A program made the translations under genes and the position numbers. From an uncultured Algimonas sp. (GTDB taxonomy: Bacteria; Pseudomonadota; Alphaproteobacteria; Caulobacterales; Maricaulaceae): a stretch of DNA of 38,798 nt. The notes beneath the pieces were generated by a model. It searched no databases, was not told where the DNA came from, and was given only the letters and a program-made list of their open reading frames with translations. Positions 37,814-38,798 of the stretch are shown here, piece after piece; the stretch's first letter is position 1, and each line of letters begins with the position of its first letter. The stretch spans positions 1 through 38,798 of the forward strand of contig CAYZGF010000001.1 in the NCBI GenBank assembly GCA_964477595.1, written 5' to 3'.

Positions 37814-37830
37814 AATTGGTATCTCCAATT
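37814..37830. promoter_or_regulatory. FadR-subfamily (GntR) operator-like palindrome AATTGG-TATCT-CCAATT
   Basis: Fits the AATTGG-N5-CCAATT pattern; further half-sites at 37705, 37719, 37769 and 37827 upstream of the isomerase-kduD operon. Confidence 0.65.
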
Positions 37831-37952
37831 GGTATGCAATGGCAATACACTCTAGCGATTGCCTAGCCAAAACAGGCAAATGCGCGCCCCTCTAATTTGA
37901 ACCGCTTGCATATGTAATATTGAGTCGCCTTCAAAAAACTCGAAAAATTGGC

Positions 37953-37979
37953 AAAAAAAAGAGGGGCCAAAGCCCCTCT
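37953..37979 (-). terminator. Rho-independent terminator of the TonB-dependent receptor gene
   Basis: Stem AGAGGGGC-CAAA-GCCCCTCT with an A8 run on the left (U8 on minus), about 27 bp after the stop. Confidence 0.88.
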
Positions 37980-38005
37980 CAAACTTAGATATTGATTGTA
38001 TCCAA

Positions 38006-38797
38006 TTAGAACGCGTAGCGCGCACCAATCCGGATACGACGATCGCCCAAGAAGCTCGTCCGGCCAAAGCGATTACCGAAAGCATCGATTTGCTGCTCAG
38101 CATTTGCTTTTTCATCCGTAATGTTCGCGATTTGAGCACGAACCTGGAAGTTTTCGGTGATATCGTACTTGATTGATCCGTCGAGATATCCTGTCGGCTG
38201 CTGGAAGATTGGGTTACCGGACACAAAGTCACGATAAGAACCCAAATATTCGGAACGCCAGTTATAGGCGAGACGCATTTCAAGCTTATCATCCTGATAG
38301 ATACCGATAACGTTCACTGCATCTTCAGACAGACCCAAGAAGTTATCTACACCGAAACGATAAATTCGCTCGAAGCTATCAGCTACACCGTCACCGTCTG
38401 CATCAATAGAACCCGGAGGTGGGTTCGTACTCGCTGAAACATAAGTATAGTTAGCTTGCAGACCAAGATTTCCGAGGAGGCCCGGGAGTTTATCGTAGAA
38501 CTGAAGATAAGCAATTTCGAATCCACGAACAGTTGCGTCATCTTGGTTCAAGTTACCATTGAAAACCGTTGGAACTTGGACACCGTCCAAAGTCTGAACA
38601 CCGCGCGTTTGAGATGCGTAGATGATGTTATTTTCAATTTTCTTATCGAAGAAGGCGAAGGTCAGATAGTTTTCGTCACCGAAATAGTGCTCAAACGACA
38701 GATCAAAGTTCACACCCTTAATAGGTTTCAAAAGTGGGTTACCACCAAACTGTGTGATTTGCGTTGGGCGAATATCAATTGGAGGGTTTGCCTGCCC
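38006..38797 (-). CDS. TonB-dependent receptor, C-terminal part (5' end outside the window)
   Basis: Frame open to the window edge (…ITQFGGNPLLKP…); amphipathic beta-strands GLQANYTY, RLAYNWRS, NITDE; C-terminal IGARYAF. Confidence 0.93.
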   Translation of the reverse strand, partial: GQANPPIDIRPTQITQFGGNPLLKPIKGVNFDLSFEHYFGDENYLTFAFFDKKIENNIIYASQTRGVQTLDGVQVPTVFNGNLNQDDATVRGFEIAYLQFYDKLPGLLGNLGLQANYTYVSASTNPPPGSIDADGDGVADSFERIYRFGVDNFLGLSEDAVNVIGIYQDDKLEMRLAYNWRSEYLGSYRDFVSGNPIFQQPTGYLDGSIKYDITENFQVRAQIANITDEKANAEQQIDAFGNRFGRTSFLGDRRIRIGARYAF

Positions 38798-38798
38798 G

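Noticed and set aside
212-38292. Many alternative-frame and antisense ORFs in the track (e.g. 212-721, 1010-1630, 9827-10459, 30134-30589, 37852-38292)
   Set aside because: They overlap well-supported genes, have no recognisable motifs and look like shadow frames
1-38798. CRISPR arrays, tRNA/rRNA genes, transposases, prophage or defence genes
   Set aside because: No periodic repeats, cloverleaf/T-loop signatures or matching protein motifs seen by eye

Overview
A gene-dense chromosomal window from what looks like a marine alphaproteobacterium (Caulobacterales/Hyphomonadales-like gene content; the taxon is inferred, not verified). From left to right: a gene 3' end, an exported hypothetical protein, queC-queE, a hypothetical protein, recQ and an MsbA-like ABC exporter. 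Next comes an Entner-Doudoroff operon (zwf-pgl-edd-glk plus a lipoprotein lactonase), a LacI regulator, a GH3 beta-glucosidase, a tandem-SGNH esterase and a sodium/sugar symporter divergent from xylB-xylA; three copies of the palindrome TGACAGCGCTGTCA link zwf, the symporter and xylB. Then a stand-alone phoU with a Pho box, a PepSY-TM-like gene with a Fur-like box, and a molybdenum-cofactor cluster (xdhC, mocA-like, moaADEBC; divergent moeA plus a TauE/SafE permease). About 680 bp lacking any credible ORF follow, including a GC-richer, self-complementary block. The window ends in a uronate-type polysaccharide utilisation locus (beta-helix enzyme, TRAP dctPQM, kduD, DhuI-type isomerase, 3' end of a TonB-dependent receptor) with recurring AATTGGT FadR-type motifs. 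I saw no CRISPR array, tRNA, rRNA, integrase or intact transposase. The best leads are an unannotated 22-aa hydrophobic small ORF followed by a hairpin-rich region (16591-16923), the structured non-coding block at about 30960-31380, and the uncharacterised beta-helix enzyme. All calls come from reading motifs by eye; no database searches were run.
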